Shown here: positions 50,502 to 63,006 of the stretch, piece after piece
How the letters are laid out: each line of letters opens with the position of its first letter
Numbering within the stretch: position 1 is the stretch's first letter
Assembly (NCBI GenBank): GCA_010093995.1
Contig: ML992501.1
Location: 830,945-894,944, forward strand
DNA length: 64,000 nucleotides
Direction: 5' to 3'
From: Elsinoe ampelina
Taxonomy: Eukaryota
Translations under genes and position numbers: made by a program
The notes under the pieces: model-generated
Seen by the model: the letters and a program-made list of their open reading frames with translations, nothing else
Databases searched by the model: none
What the model was told of the DNA's origin: nothing

Positions 50502-52715
50502 CTACCTGTAATAATCCTCATCTCCCCCCTGCTGCACCCCCTGCTGCACCGCCGGCGCACCCCCACCTCCCAGCGCAGGGTACCCCTGCCCCTGCCCCTG
50601 CCCCTGACCCGGAGCCTGAGGAGGCGCCACCGCGCTCCCCTGCACATTGGGGCTGTAAGCTCTATACTGCCCCTGCTGCCCGCCCGGCGGGGCCGGGGGA
50701 GCCTGACTCGGCTGCTGCGGAAAGCCACCCTGCGGCTGTCCCTGATCCTGACCTTGTTGCTGGTACCCTGCGTGCGGCGGGGGCGCTTGGGTTTGTTGTT
50801 GCGGGGGATACCCCTGTTGCGGGGCTGCTTGGTACCCTTCTGGCGCGTACCCGCCCGGTGCGGAAGGGGCGGCGGATTCGAAACTCGCTTGGCGTTGGGG
50901 CCGGTTGAAGCCGGGTTGTTGGCTGGGGAGGGCGGCGTAGGGTTTCGTGTCGTAGGGTTGGGGCGTGGGTTGGGCCTGTTGCGGTGGGAATTGGGCCGAG
51001 GGGTAGGAGTGGCGGTTGTCGACGGGGGACTCGTAGCCGCTTGTTGCGAGTTCTTGGGGGTTGCCCGAGTTGAGCGTGTGGATTGATTGGGGTCGGTTGG
51101 AGTAGGCGGGTTGAGGAGAATAGGGTGAGTCGACGGGTGGGACGGCTGTGGATAGTGGCTTAGGGGTTTCTGATTGTGGTGGTGGTAGTTGGACTTGTGG
51201 TGCGTGAGCTTGCTGCTGCTGAGGTGGTGGAGCAGCGCCTGGGGGCAGGAAATGGAATGCTGAGGATGACCCGTTTGCGTGGGCATAAGGGTCAGCTGGC
51301 GGTGCTGCTGCTTGTGGAGGATTGTAGTATTGCTGCTGGGGTGGAGGAGCGTTGTAAGAGGGCTGCTGTTGCTGTTGCGGCTGCGGCCGTTGCTGTTGTG
51401 GATAGGGCGCTGGTGTGTGCTGAGGAGGGTAACCACCTTGAGGTGGATATGGATGGTGATATGGCTGTGATGGTTGGCGAGCTCCAGGATAGCCATATCC
51501 GGCTGGTGGTTGCGACATTGACGACTCGAGCAAAGCTTCATAGTCTCTTCGAGCCTTGATAAACTTTTCGTTGAGCTGTGTGAAGTCATCTGATATCCAG
51601 TCAGCAGATATATCATCCCATAGACAAAGCCATTCATACCCTTCTTCTGCGAGTATTTCCCGATCAGCTCAATCAGCTTTGGCCGGATCGCCAATGTCTG
51701 GTTGTACAGTTCTTGAATCTCCTCTTCCGTGCCCATGTCCTTCGCGCCCATACCGCCCTCACTCCTCACACTCAGCAGCGCCAGCAACTTCTCAACATTG
51801 CGTATTTGAGCAAATACCTCGCCTTCCATCATAGCGTCCTTCTCCATTTCCTCCTTTGTCGGATCCTGCAACTTCTCCACATAGTTCAGCGGAAAGATAC
51901 CGGTGTTGCCTCGCAAGCTCCCCTTCCACCAGTCCTTGAACACGCTCTCCAACACGGCGATCACATCGCCCTTCCTGAACGCCAACTCCCCTGTCTCGCT
52001 CGGTGTGAAATCATATAACGCCCTCACCCGGCTCACTGTCGCGGCTGTGGTTCCCCTCGCCGGCTCCTCCTTCTTCTCTTCGCCGTGATCCACCTTTCCC
52101 TTTTCGTCCTTCTTCGGCCCCTCCTTCAGACTCAGCGCCAGTGCCATCTGCAGTTCCTCATCCTCCTTTTTTCGATCCACGTCCTCGATCTCCCTCTTTC
52201 GTGGCTTGTCCGGCGCTTGTAGTGTAGGATTACTCCTCTTCAACCGCTCAAATGCACCCTCCATGATCCCCAGATCTGGATCCCCTTTGAACTGGTCCGT
52301 CCATTCCTGCATCCGCTCGAGCACTTTGGTCTTGACCTGCTGATGTACATTTCTGTCGCCGGCTAATCGTATGAGAGCATCGGTGAAGCTGCGCGATGAT
52401 AGCTCACGGTGAATAGACGGTCCGCAATTTTGAGACAAGGCGTTGGCGAGCTCGAGGGTATATAGTTGGACATTGGCATTTCGATGCGAAAGGCGCTTGA
52501 TGAGTGCTGCTACAGCGCTGGCAGGACCAGAGGGAGAGGCGGAGACCCGGTCGCAGACGTCAAGGATCAGTGACCAGTTCTCGCTCGTGAGGTTCTCGTC
52601 GGTAGCCTTGCCTGGCACGTGTTAGTGGTTTGGACATTCGGGGAAGTGCCGTAGGTTGCGGAGGTGAGGACGCACCTATTGCTTCGTCGAACTGGTTTGC
52701 CTGAGCGCGAAACAT
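50502..52715 (-). CDS. HSE1: ESCRT-0 subunit (VHS-UIM-SH3-GAT, Pro/Gln tail)
   Basis: KATDENLTSENW VHS, EELQMALALSL UIM, VRALYDF..WWKG..GIFPLNYV SH3; two introns. Confidence 0.95.
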
Positions 52716-53592
52716 GATGATGGTAGTCGGAAACGAATGTTACATACAGGCTCGTGTGGGTGGAAGTCGAAGGTCGTAGAGTCAACCAATTTGCTTAGAA
52801 TGAAGCTGGGTCGAAAGCCGTTGCCTGGTGTTCGCGCAACGTCATGGTCAGTCGCCCCGAAGCCAAGCCTCACATTTGATGAACCTTGATCTTCACATGC
52901 TCCGCCTTGCTAATTGCGAGGCCACGTGAGACGCGTGTTGCACTGGGCTGTAACTTTCAGAGGTAATGATATCTGCATTGTTCGTCTCCAGCTAAGAGGT
53001 ATTTGACAATAATGATAGCCCAACCGGGACCTAAAGAGATTCTCAAGTTCTACTCGTGTTCGCCGTTAAACACCTCAAGTCTCTGTCTCTGTAGGCAGAA
53101 AAGGATGGCCAGCCAGTGCTTCGCACGCCTCGAGGATACTGACTAGTGCTGCATGCTGGTCATGGCAAAGTCAAGCGCTGCTGTGAATAACTTCGTCCCG
53201 TACGACCGTGCAGAGCCAGATCCCCTCGCCTCCCATCATATGAAATAGAACTGTTTTCCGAGGAATCCTGCTCCTTCACACCGGTCTGTTAACTCCTCTC
53301 TTGCGAGTCCTGCGCTTGATGGCCGTTTGCTTGATACTGTGCAAAGCCGTTGCCTTTGCGTGGAAAGATCCAGCAAAGTGTGTCGTGATCCGTAGTGATA
53401 CGCTCCTTGAGCTTCAAGCTCACCGGGGGAAAGATAAGTGCATCGTCTGGTCGTGTCGTGGTCGTGAAATGATAAAGCAAATGCTGCAAAAGACCTGCAT
53501 GTGGCAAGCCTCAAAATGCAGGTAGTTGGCAAAAGCATAAACACAAAATTTGTTGCTAGTCAGGTTTGGAAATGTGCGTTGCCTTGAATATC

Positions 53593-56050
53593 TCAGTTCC
53601 CCTTGTTCTTACGCTCTTCGGCACGTGCAATGCGCGCGGCCTTGACGAGCGGCGAAAGGGTTGCGAGGGGCTCGGCAGTCTGGATGAATGCATGCTGATA
53701 GTTGTCAGTGATCGGCGTAAGAGGGTCGAGAAATGAAACCTACCTTGAGCAAATCGTGTGCACTTGCACGCTTCTCCGGGTCGACCTTGAGAGCGAACGC
53801 GAGGAAGTCGCGGAACACTGGCGAAAGTTCATGCTCGTTCTTGATCTGCGGGGTGCCGTTCGTGGCGATCAGGTAGAGAGCTCGGAGAGGACTCTCTGTG
53901 AGGTATGGAGGCTCGCCCTCGATCATCTCAATTGCCATGATACCAAGAGACCAGATGTCGATCTTGCGACCATACTCCTTGCGAGTGACAACCTCTGGAG
54001 CCATCCAGTAAGGTGTACCCACCATGGTCGTTCGCTTCATGTGTGATTCGTTGATCTGAGCGCAGAAACCGAAATCAGCTGTGGAAGCATTAGTATATTT
54101 GTGGTCCTTGTTCCGGGAGAATATATACATACTCAGCTTGATGTTGCCTTCGAGCGACAGGAGGATGTTGTCGGATTTGATGTCGCGATGGATGACACCT
54201 TTTGAATGCAAGAACTGAAGGCCGTGCAGGGTCTGTATCCGGGTCAGTCTGTAGTCTCTGCTGCAATCCGTGCCAAACATACCTCTCGACACACTGCCGC
54301 AATTTGCGGCTCACTCATCATGTTGAATGTGACAACATCCGTCAGGCTACCACCCTCCATGTATTCCATGATGACCCACAACTCTCCTCGAAGCAGATAG
54401 CTGTCGATAAAGTTGACCACGTTCTTGTGCTTGCTGTCCTTCATGACCAGGATCTCGTTGATAATCAAGTCCTTCTTGGGTTGTTGCTCCAGGTTCATCT
54501 GCTTGATGGCAACGCACTTGTTGGTGCCACGCTCAAATGCGGTGAATACGCCTCCTGAAGCACCTTGACCGATTTTGTTCAAGTTCCTGAAACGCTGAAT
54601 AGGATCATCTTTCGAGCAGATTTGATTTAGCTTGCTGACAATATCCGGGGTCTGCATGCTCTGTCTTGGTCTTGGCCGTGCTCGTGCTTGGGGAACAGCA
54701 CTAGAGCTTTGGGCAGGTGGTTGAGGGATGTTTCTTGGGTCTGGCACAGGAGCAAATGGTTGTTGCGCCATGGGGGGAGATGCGTGTTGATGATGGGTCG
54801 GCGGTGCGCGTTGACTCTGACTCCGTTCGAGTTGCTTCTGGTGCAGAGCTTGTTGTGCAGCCGCCATGGCCTGCTCCTGTTGTTGCTGGTATTGTTGAGG
54901 TGAGCTGACGAGAGGGCTTCCAAAATGAGGCTGTGGACCGCCAGTGGTGGCAGCGCGAGCTCGTTGCATGGGCGAATCGTGCGGCACAGGTCCGCCCATC
55001 TTAGGTCCGTGGTTTGTGCCATCATCCAGCTCTCTAGGATATCCAGGGTCTCTGCTTGCGGAAGGAGGAGGTGGTGCAGTACGAGCAGGAATCATGCCGT
55101 TCGAAGGGCCCATTCCTGGTGCTTTGGGCGCAGGTCGCATCGGTAGAAGGTTGGGCTCAGCCCTCATGGGTGGTGACGTGGGACCAATGCCCAGACCAGT
55201 ACTCAGCTGACGACCTGGCGGCACGGGAGGTGGTGCTCTCGGGTTCTCAAAGCTGTCTTGATCATTTCGAGGGAATCTCGGGCTCGTAGGCGGGCTAAGA
55301 ATGCCATTGTGAGGTGTGACGATTGGGGAAGGAATGTTTTGAAGTCCAAGACCACTTGATGATGACTCGCCTGACCGCGCATGGTCGAATTTGTGCCAGA
55401 TTGAATCGTCGTTCTTATTCTCGTTTGTTTCCTTGTAGAAAGTGACTACATCAACGATAGCCTTGGGGTTGTTCCGCTGTTCCTGTTCCGAGATACCGGC
55501 TTCGGCCAATGCCCTCTGCCACTCTTTTGGGAGACCCTAAACACATCAGTCACATCCACGAATACCCTCGTTGATAGTGCCCTCAACTCACGGTAAATTC
55601 TCCGGTCGCATTGTTGAAGCCGACGTGTGTCACATGAACTGGATTTTCCGGGGCTGAGATCGGCGGCCGCCTGGGTGAACCAACCAGACTGCTCATCAAA
55701 CTACCAAATCCGCTCTTTTTGCGAAATGCCCGTATTGGACCATTTCCGTTTGCCTCGTCGCTGTATCGCTGGCGGGGTGAGTTGGAGGACGAGTCGGCGC
55801 GAGGTGGGGTGCTATCCATGTTTGGAGACCGTTTAGTTGTGAAGCTTGCCGACTGGCGGAGCTGTGGTTTCTTGAGCTTGGAACCCGTAGACGACTGTGT
55901 CCTCGTCGAATGCAAGGGACGAAAGGCGGGTGAGTTGTCGGCGTCGACGGGCGAAGAAAGGTCGGGGGAGGGGAGGAAGCTGTCACGTTGCTGCATCCAG
56001 GAAGATCGCTTATGTAGCCTTTGAGCCGGCGCGGTTGTCATGTGTGTCAT
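53593..56050 (-). CDS. STE20: PAK-family Ser/Thr kinase
   Basis: [49 protein letters not shown]-terminal LSPLVKAAR; no PH domain, so not Cla4. Four introns; start approximate. Confidence 0.93.
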
Positions 56051-57485
56051 GCCTCGACTAGCGAATGAAGTTGGGAACGAGACGAAGGTGGAAGCGACAA
56101 AGAGCGCATGAGAGGAGTGAGACCGGGTGGGAAGCAGAGGGATGCAGTGAGGTGTGTGTTTGGGCTGGCGTGTGGAAACAGAGGGCGAGGTCGTACAGGT
56201 GTTCGCGACAAGTCTGCTGGGTCGTGCTGGGTCGTGCTTGGTCTTGCTGGGGCACGGCGGAGTGATTGGCTGAAGTGATAGCCCGGTTTTGGTAGCCAAG
56301 AAAGGCCGGAGCTTGAAAAAAACCCAAGCACCTGCGACCTCTTTCACTCAGGACCTGTCTCTGTTCCGCTGCACTTTATTTTTCGATCGGTCAAATATCA
56401 GGGCTCATGACAGGGCAAACAGGCATGTCTTTGGTCATTACTCTAGCACATGTCTGCAACGTGTGGGATCATGAGAAAATCGTTACACGCACCGCTCTTG
56501 TGTCGCTCATCAGCTATTTTCTCAGCTTATCTCCCCAGCCCTTGCAAGAAACTACTGTACTCTCGACGTGTCACAACAGGGAAGGCGCAGAAATTGACAG
56601 CATGGCGAGACATGCGCTTTGACGGTGACAGACCCCAGTAGCCACAGCAATCTCTGGATCATGACAGAGGGCAGTCGAACGAGCCGCAGCCACCTCCATC
56701 ACACGCCGACTACTCTCAAACCGTCCTGCATTGGTGCCGCAATTTGCTGCACGCTAAGATTAAAAATTTTACCAAATCTTCTTGTCGACTACCGCGGACC
56801 TGGCTCGCTGCAGGTGGAATTTGTTTTACTGTGAAATACCTGCCCCTCTGGATGATGCCGCGGTTGTCACGGTCCAAACAAGCCATGGACCAAACAAACC
56901 CATGGCAAGAGGCGCTCGTGGAAGTGTTTCCCCGGACCTTGGGTTGCATGTCACGAAGCCAGGATATCCCTCTGTGCTGTCGACATCTGCCCCTGACGAG
57001 AGATGCCGCTTGCCATGTGCGCGATGATGTGCTTGGTGAAACAGCCCTCTCAATCTTGTAATCACGCCGAGTCCTTCGATCTCTTGTGGTCGGCAGCGAT
57101 TTATAATCTGGGTGGATTTGTTTACAGATTATTGCCGCATCCACCAGGTTTGTTGTGATTGGCTTTGACGGTCCGCGCTTCCGGCAGCAGCTCGCGGCAA
57201 CTTTGTCCTGCAGCCTCTGCTCGATTCGGAAGTTCCGCGGTCGGCTCTGGGGATTTTTGCTTTGACAGCTGACGGAACTTGCCTCGATGCCTGAGGATGC
57301 CTGAGGATGCATCCCGTCGATCAGGAGCTAGCTTGTGAACCTAGAAGAGCTCCATCATACTCGATGCATTTGGCTACAGAACAGCACACAGCATCAATCG
57401 GCGGCGCAACCACCTCTGTCGACATCGTCTAAGCCGGAAGCCTTGTCACTGTTGTCTAAATATGTCCTCCAACTAATCATCAACC

Positions 57486-59174
57486 ATGAACAGACAGAAC
57501 CCTTTTGGATCCAAATTCTTCCAACCAGCTTCTCAGATCCTGAGGAACTCAGTCACGGCGGCGAGGGAACAGCTGAGAGCTCTTGACGACGCTGCACTGG
57601 AGCTCGGAGTCACCAGCTCTTCCCTCATGGACTCTCGCCCTTCTCGAACTAGTACTCAGACGCCGGTCGAGCTCAAGCCCAGATCTATACCCTTGGTCAA
57701 CATCTCCAGATCTCCTTCGCCCTTGGCAAGGATAAGAAGCGCAGCGCAGTCCGAGGATGAAGATGAATGGGAGTATGGCGACGCTTCCCAGAGCAGACCA
57801 CTCGTCAGTAAGAGCGCGAATGCCTATCACAATCAGCCTACTGGCTTCTTCAAGAAGGGAGGGATCGGTCATTTCCTCTTTGGCACCAACATTGGCTCGC
57901 AAATCTACATTGGTCTCTTAGTCTTCTGGGTGGGCGGCTGTCAATTTGGCCTGCTGCTCATGAATCGCTTCATCCTCTGGACTGGATTGTACAAGTAAGG
58001 ATATCTCGTCATGCCACGATAGAGCACTAACCCCACCAGATTCCCCTACCCGTTGACCATGACTTTGCTTCAACTTGCCATTTGTCATGTCTTTATCCTT
58101 GGATTTGCGAGCCTTACTAGAGGTCTGAGTAGCCTCTTCAATCTGCTCGGTCTCGGAGCTGTGGTAGCGCCCTCTCGTGCCTACAGTCGCGGAGACAGAG
58201 CAGCTCGCTACAAAGGTGGTCAACGCCATCGATCTGTAATGCGCAACATCGGCGACTGGCTCACTCATGGCTCTGGTGGCATAGCTGGTGGTGGTCTTTT
58301 CGAATTCGAAGGCAAGACCGTTCGCCATGTTCTCCCCGTGGCTGTCGTCTTCTCCCTCAAAGTTGTGCTCAGCAACCTTTCATACGCGTATGCATGTCCC
58401 CACTCATCGCATCAAGAAAGGGTATTGATTCGAGGTAGGTATGCTGTTCTTCCCATGTACATGCTTGCTCGCATTGCCATTATACCGCTTTCCCTACTGT
58501 TCACAACAATTCTGTTACGCGAAACACACTCTATAGCTACACTCTCAGCTTCCCTTACGGCAGTGCTAAATCTACTCATGGCCACCATCGAACCCGGCAG
58601 AGTCACTTGGGAGTCCATTGTCGCCGGTGTCTTCTCTTCTCTGTTCGTCGCTCTTTACCCTGTCGTCAAGCTTCGCGCATATAAGCAAGTGGTCTCAGAC
58701 TTGGTGCCACAAGGCGACATCCTCGCTCCCTCCGACGACGACTCTGCCCCGACTTACCTCGGCACAAAGGAAGAAACCCGCGCTTACTGGAGGATACTGC
58801 ACTACACCTCTCTCTTATCCATGATGCTCATCGCGCCCATCGTCCTCATCTCTGGCGAGATCCAACAAATCAGACGCAACTGCTACTTCATGGACGTACC
58901 CTGGTTCTGGTTTCTTATGCTTTGTGGAGGTGCTGGAAGCTGGGCTGTCTTCTCTAGCTTCTTGCTGCTCATCAAGGCGACCAGTCCGTTGACAGCCACT
59001 TTTGTCAGCATACCCAGGAGTGCTTTCCAGCTCATGGTTCTGGACAAATTCCGATTGCCTGTTCATAGCTGGGTCGGTGTCAGTCTGTGTTGGGCAAGTT
59101 GTTTGTGGTATGTCGGTGTGAGGCGGCGGGAGGAGTGGAATAGGATGAGAGGCAATATGCAGAGTGGATTATGA
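57486..59174 (+). CDS. Nucleotide-sugar / triose-phosphate transporter family (DMT) membrane protein
   Basis: LLMNRFIL..FPYPL.MTLLQL, LSNLSY, LIKATSPLT, multiple TMs; two introns. Confidence 0.85.
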
Positions 59175-59437
59175 GCAGAAGGGACATCACTTCATCCGAC
59201 ACCTACTGGTCAGATTCATCTTTTATACTCGGCCGTGATGAAGATTTCAGGTTGGGTACTGGTTGCTGGTCCTAATCGTAATAAATTTTGCTGTCCATGA
59301 CTGTGCGTACTGGGACTGGCACAAATCTCACCACTTTGCTCTATGATGATTGTCAAGCTATTCAGAGCATTCCATATGGCGTTTTCCTGCTCCTGGAGAG
59401 GGATTGCCGGCACCCACGGTTCTGACACCCTACAGAA

Positions 59438-59860
59438 ATGGATAGCCTACTGGATCTATACTCATTCCTGGGCTTGTACGATGCTGATCTGGATCTTATG
59501 CAACTCGATGGAACGGCAGCCCCCGAATTAAGCATGAAATAGGATGTTATCTTCGTCTGCATCAACGTGGCTGGAAGAATTACCGACCCACGCCACATCG
59601 ATGAGATTGGTATCGCGACTCTCGATACCCAACACATAGCTACGGCAGCTCCAGGTCAAGATCTAGCCAACTGGTACGATCGCATTGGTCTTCAGCGCTC
59701 TGTCCACCAGAATAATGCCCCAGCCAACACTCCGGCTAGTCTCATCTTCCCGCTCGATGCTCTGCAGATGCACGTCGACAACGCCCTCATGCCCCCAGAA
59801 CAAGATCAACCTCCAGAGAACAGTGCTGGCGCAGGGGCAATTTTTGGTGCAGCACCGTAG
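59438..59860 (+). pseudogene. QIP/Gfd2-like DEDDh exonuclease copy A (truncated pseudogene)
   Basis: MDSLLDLYSFLGL..SMK*DVIFVCINVA..IDEIGIATLDT..PG..NW; in-frame TAG at 59540, ExoI DxE changed to NxA, no HNAGND motif seen. Confidence 0.75.
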
Positions 59861-60599
59861 TGTTCTGGATGTAGGAAGCAAGTGATGGATCAGGATCATC
59901 GTCGTCATCCGGTTGCGACATCAATTCTTTGGCTAGGTGGAAGGGGCATTGCCGACCATCTGATAAGACATGTGTAGATTTGGATCTGTAAGACGTGCTT
60001 TACCACAGCTGGGGTAGCTTGTACGATGTAGGTAGGTCTAGAAGCATGCGGACAACCCTTGTTTCAATTGGATCTATGCGTGTGGCAATGCTGTTTCGTA
60101 CACGTCAATCTGCGCAGTCCTCCCCCCTGCACCAAATCCCCGACTCACAAACAGATGTCGGCCACCATGTAAGCTGTGCGAACTCTGTCCTCCACTCGTG
60201 ATGATTGGACATCAGGGCACTTGTCACAAAGATGCGACGTTCAATTGTCGTTGGTCCGCTAATCCCTTGATAAGCACACAGCTGTGCCTGAGATCGAACG
60301 GACAACCATAATTCTGATAGAGAGGGGGACAAACGACCCACAATGTTGAATGCATCTTGTGCCAGCAGTAATGGTCATCCATTCGTCGGGACACTGCTTA
60401 TCCCACTTCCTAAAGCCAGACCATAGACAACAGCAAGCATGTCGGGCAAGCAATCACCAGCACTCACAAGGCTCATTCAGAGCAATCCTATGATATCTCA
60501 CAGACAATATAAGCCCCCGACCCCACCCCTTACCAGCCTACCAGACTTCCAACTTACCACATCTTCACTCACCCAAACCCCATCACAATCACGATCAGC

Positions 60600-61426
60600 A
60601 TGTACTGGCCCACCTCCCCCATCCCCCCACGCAGCTTCGGCTTCCTCCAACGCCTCCTCGGCCTCACCAACACCCACTCCAACCACGCCACCTCCCCCGA
60701 CCTCCCCGCCCCCTACAGCATGAAAGGCGACTTCATCCTCGTGGCCCTCGACATTAAAGCCTGGGAACACGCCCACACCAGCATCACCGAGCTCGGCATC
60801 GCCCTCCTCGACACCCGCGACCTCACATCCCCCCCGGCGACGGCGGGGAGAACTGGCTGGACTTCATCCAGGCGATGCACTTGCGCGACGAGGAGCTGCT
60901 GCATCGCGTGAACAAGCGCTACGTCAAAGGGTGTCCGGCGGGTTTCAGGTTTGGGGTCAGCGAGATCGTGAGTGAGGCGGAGATGAAGACGGCTCTTCGT
61001 CGGACGCTACGCTATGGACGTGACGGGCCGGGAACAGGGAAGAGGAAGGTGGTGGTTGTCGTGCATGATCGGGCTGGTGAGGAGAGGTTGTTGCGGCGTC
61101 TAGACAAGGGAGCGTTTGGGAATGCGAGGGTGGTGTTTACGGCTGATACGCAGGTATTTGCGAGTAAGGAGGGGAGGAAGTGCGGGTTGGTGGATCTTTT
61201 GGGGGTGTTGGGGATGGAGAGTGAGGGGTCGCATAATGCTGGGAATGATGCGGTGTATACGTTGCAGGCATTGGTGAGGATGGCGTGTTTGAGGACGTTC
61301 GAGCCGAGTAGGTTGGGGGATAGGTTGGTGCGGTTGAGGGGAGAGGGGAGAGGGCAGGAAAGAGGGGATGGACGGGGGGATCGCGGCAAGATGGAAGGAT
61401 GGTTTGAGGGTGCGGAAAGAGACTAG
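60600..61426 (+). pseudogene. QIP/Gfd2-like DEDDh exonuclease copy B (frameshift in a C7 run; ExoI E to K)
   Basis: FILVALDIKAWE..ITELGIALLDTR, frameshift at 60829-60835, then PGDGGENW..VNKRYVKGCP..ADTQ..HNAGNDAVYTLQAL. The frameshift may be a homopolymer error. Confidence 0.8.
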
Positions 61427-61679
61427 AGAGAGGCATTATGCTTACATCTGGTCAATAGTAGGTTGAACAACCGGTGTGCCAGAGATTGGAAAACAGAGAG
61501 CAAGATGGCGCGTACCAATAGCTGGGTCAAGTCGAGGTGTGGCCACAAACCTCGTGGCACAGCAGTCCTCACTCGAAGTCTATCTTATTAGTCCAACCAA
61601 GGAAAACTTGTATTGCTTCTGTCCAGAATTGCTTTTGCCCACATCCATAATGACACTGCTACCGTGACTGAGCTCAAGA

Positions 61680-62750
61680 ATGCGCCTTGCGAAATTCATC
61701 CTTCCACAAACACCGCGGCTAATACGCCATTCTTGCATCATTGGCATGCCCAACCCCTACAGTGACCTCGGACAGCTTGGCTCGCTCCTCGGTCTCTCAT
61801 CAAATGGCGAGATCCAAGGTGGTGCTGTAAAGACAATCCCCTCTGCCGATGGACCAGGCAATGTTTTTGTCTGTGTCGACCTAGAAGCATTCGAATTCGA
61901 CCAAACAAAGATACTGGAAGTCGGGGTCGCCACCCTGGACAGTCGCCACTTGCTTGACTTGACGGCAGATGACCTTGTCCCGACCTGGCTGAGCAAGATC
62001 AAGAGTGAGCACTACATTGTCCAGGAGCGACAACATCTGGTAAACAAGAGATATGTGAAAGGCTGCCCGGAAGGATTCATCTTTGGCAAGAGTAAAATCG
62101 TCCCTTCGGCGAAAGCTCAGGCCCTCCTCCGCCAGCACTTGTCGCAGCCACGCTCCTTACTATCCGGTGATGCAGATGTATCAGAAGCGGCAGAGCCCAG
62201 CGTTTACATAGTCGCCCATGGTCTGAAGAACGACACGACTCTGATGAAGAAATTTGGCATCGACAATGTGTACAATCTTGGCCTGACCGGAGACATAGAT
62301 ACTCAGAGAATATGCAGTGGGAAAAGGAAACCTGCCGGACTGAAGAAATTGCTGGACGCTATCGAACTACCATACGAAAATCTACATAACGGCGGCAACG
62401 ACTGCACCTACACTCTTCAGGCATTAGTGAAGATGATCCATATGCATTATCATGAGCCTGAAGATCTCGAGAAGCGCTTGGACTCGCTGCGACATCCGCC
62501 CGAAGAGCCTGAAAAGAAGAAGCAGCGAAGGGGACCGAAAGGTGAAGGTGAAAGGAGTGTCACGAATGTGATGAGGCCGACGACAGCAAGGCGAGAGTGC
62601 GAGCTTTGCAAGAGACGTTCACCGCTGGACGAGATTCTGTTGGTCAATTGTGCCGATTGCCAGCGCTGCTTTCACAAATCGTGTGGACATGCGAACCACG
62701 AGCTTGCTAATGATGGTCGGTGGCGATGCAGAAGTGAGAATGCGATCTGA
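61680..62750 (+). CDS. QIP/Gfd2-like DEDDh exonuclease copy C with C-terminal PHD-like finger
   Basis: VCVDLEAFE, EVGVATLD, VNKRYVKGCP, VAHGLKND, IDTQ, LHNGGND; then CELC..CADC..FHKSC..WRC. Start may be 61746. Confidence 0.88.
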   Translation: MRLAKFILPQTPRLIRHSCIIGMPNPYSDLGQLGSLLGLSSNGEIQGGAVKTIPSADGPGNVFVCVDLEAFEFDQTKILEVGVATLDSRHLLDLTADDLVPTWLSKIKSEHYIVQERQHLVNKRYVKGCPEGFIFGKSKIVPSAKAQALLRQHLSQPRSLLSGDADVSEAAEPSVYIVAHGLKNDTTLMKKFGIDNVYNLGLTGDIDTQRICSGKRKPAGLKKLLDAIELPYENLHNGGNDCTYTLQALVKMIHMHYHEPEDLEKRLDSLRHPPEEPEKKKQRRGPKGEGERSVTNVMRPTTARRECELCKRRSPLDEILLVNCADCQRCFHKSCGHANHELANDGRWRCRSENAI

Positions 62751-63006
62751 GCTGCATCTGAGCTATACCATCACATCGATTGAATTATCGATCGCAACGA
62801 GAGGTGGAAGTGACGAAGAATGATGGAGGCCTCTTGGTATGGACGACATGAACCTCAGTACATGTGCATCGCATGGCCGGCATGGAATCGCCACATGTGA
62901 ATGGTGAGTGAGCCTCCTTTCAGTAAGGTATATATTGACTCTCGACAGCATCTTCCCTCAGTGATTCGAATCGAACGAGTTCGGATAAGCGCTGCTCAAT
63001 CAAACC

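Noticed and set aside
50468..52618. 716-aa ORF as the true HSE1 product
   Set aside because: It reads through the intron at ~51589-51639; the real C-terminus is the Pro/Gln frame ending at 50502.
57290..57312. Short direct duplication CCTGAGGATG x2 (similar case at ~62744-62764)
   Set aside because: Only two units, consistent with ordinary slippage; not an array or CRISPR-like structure.
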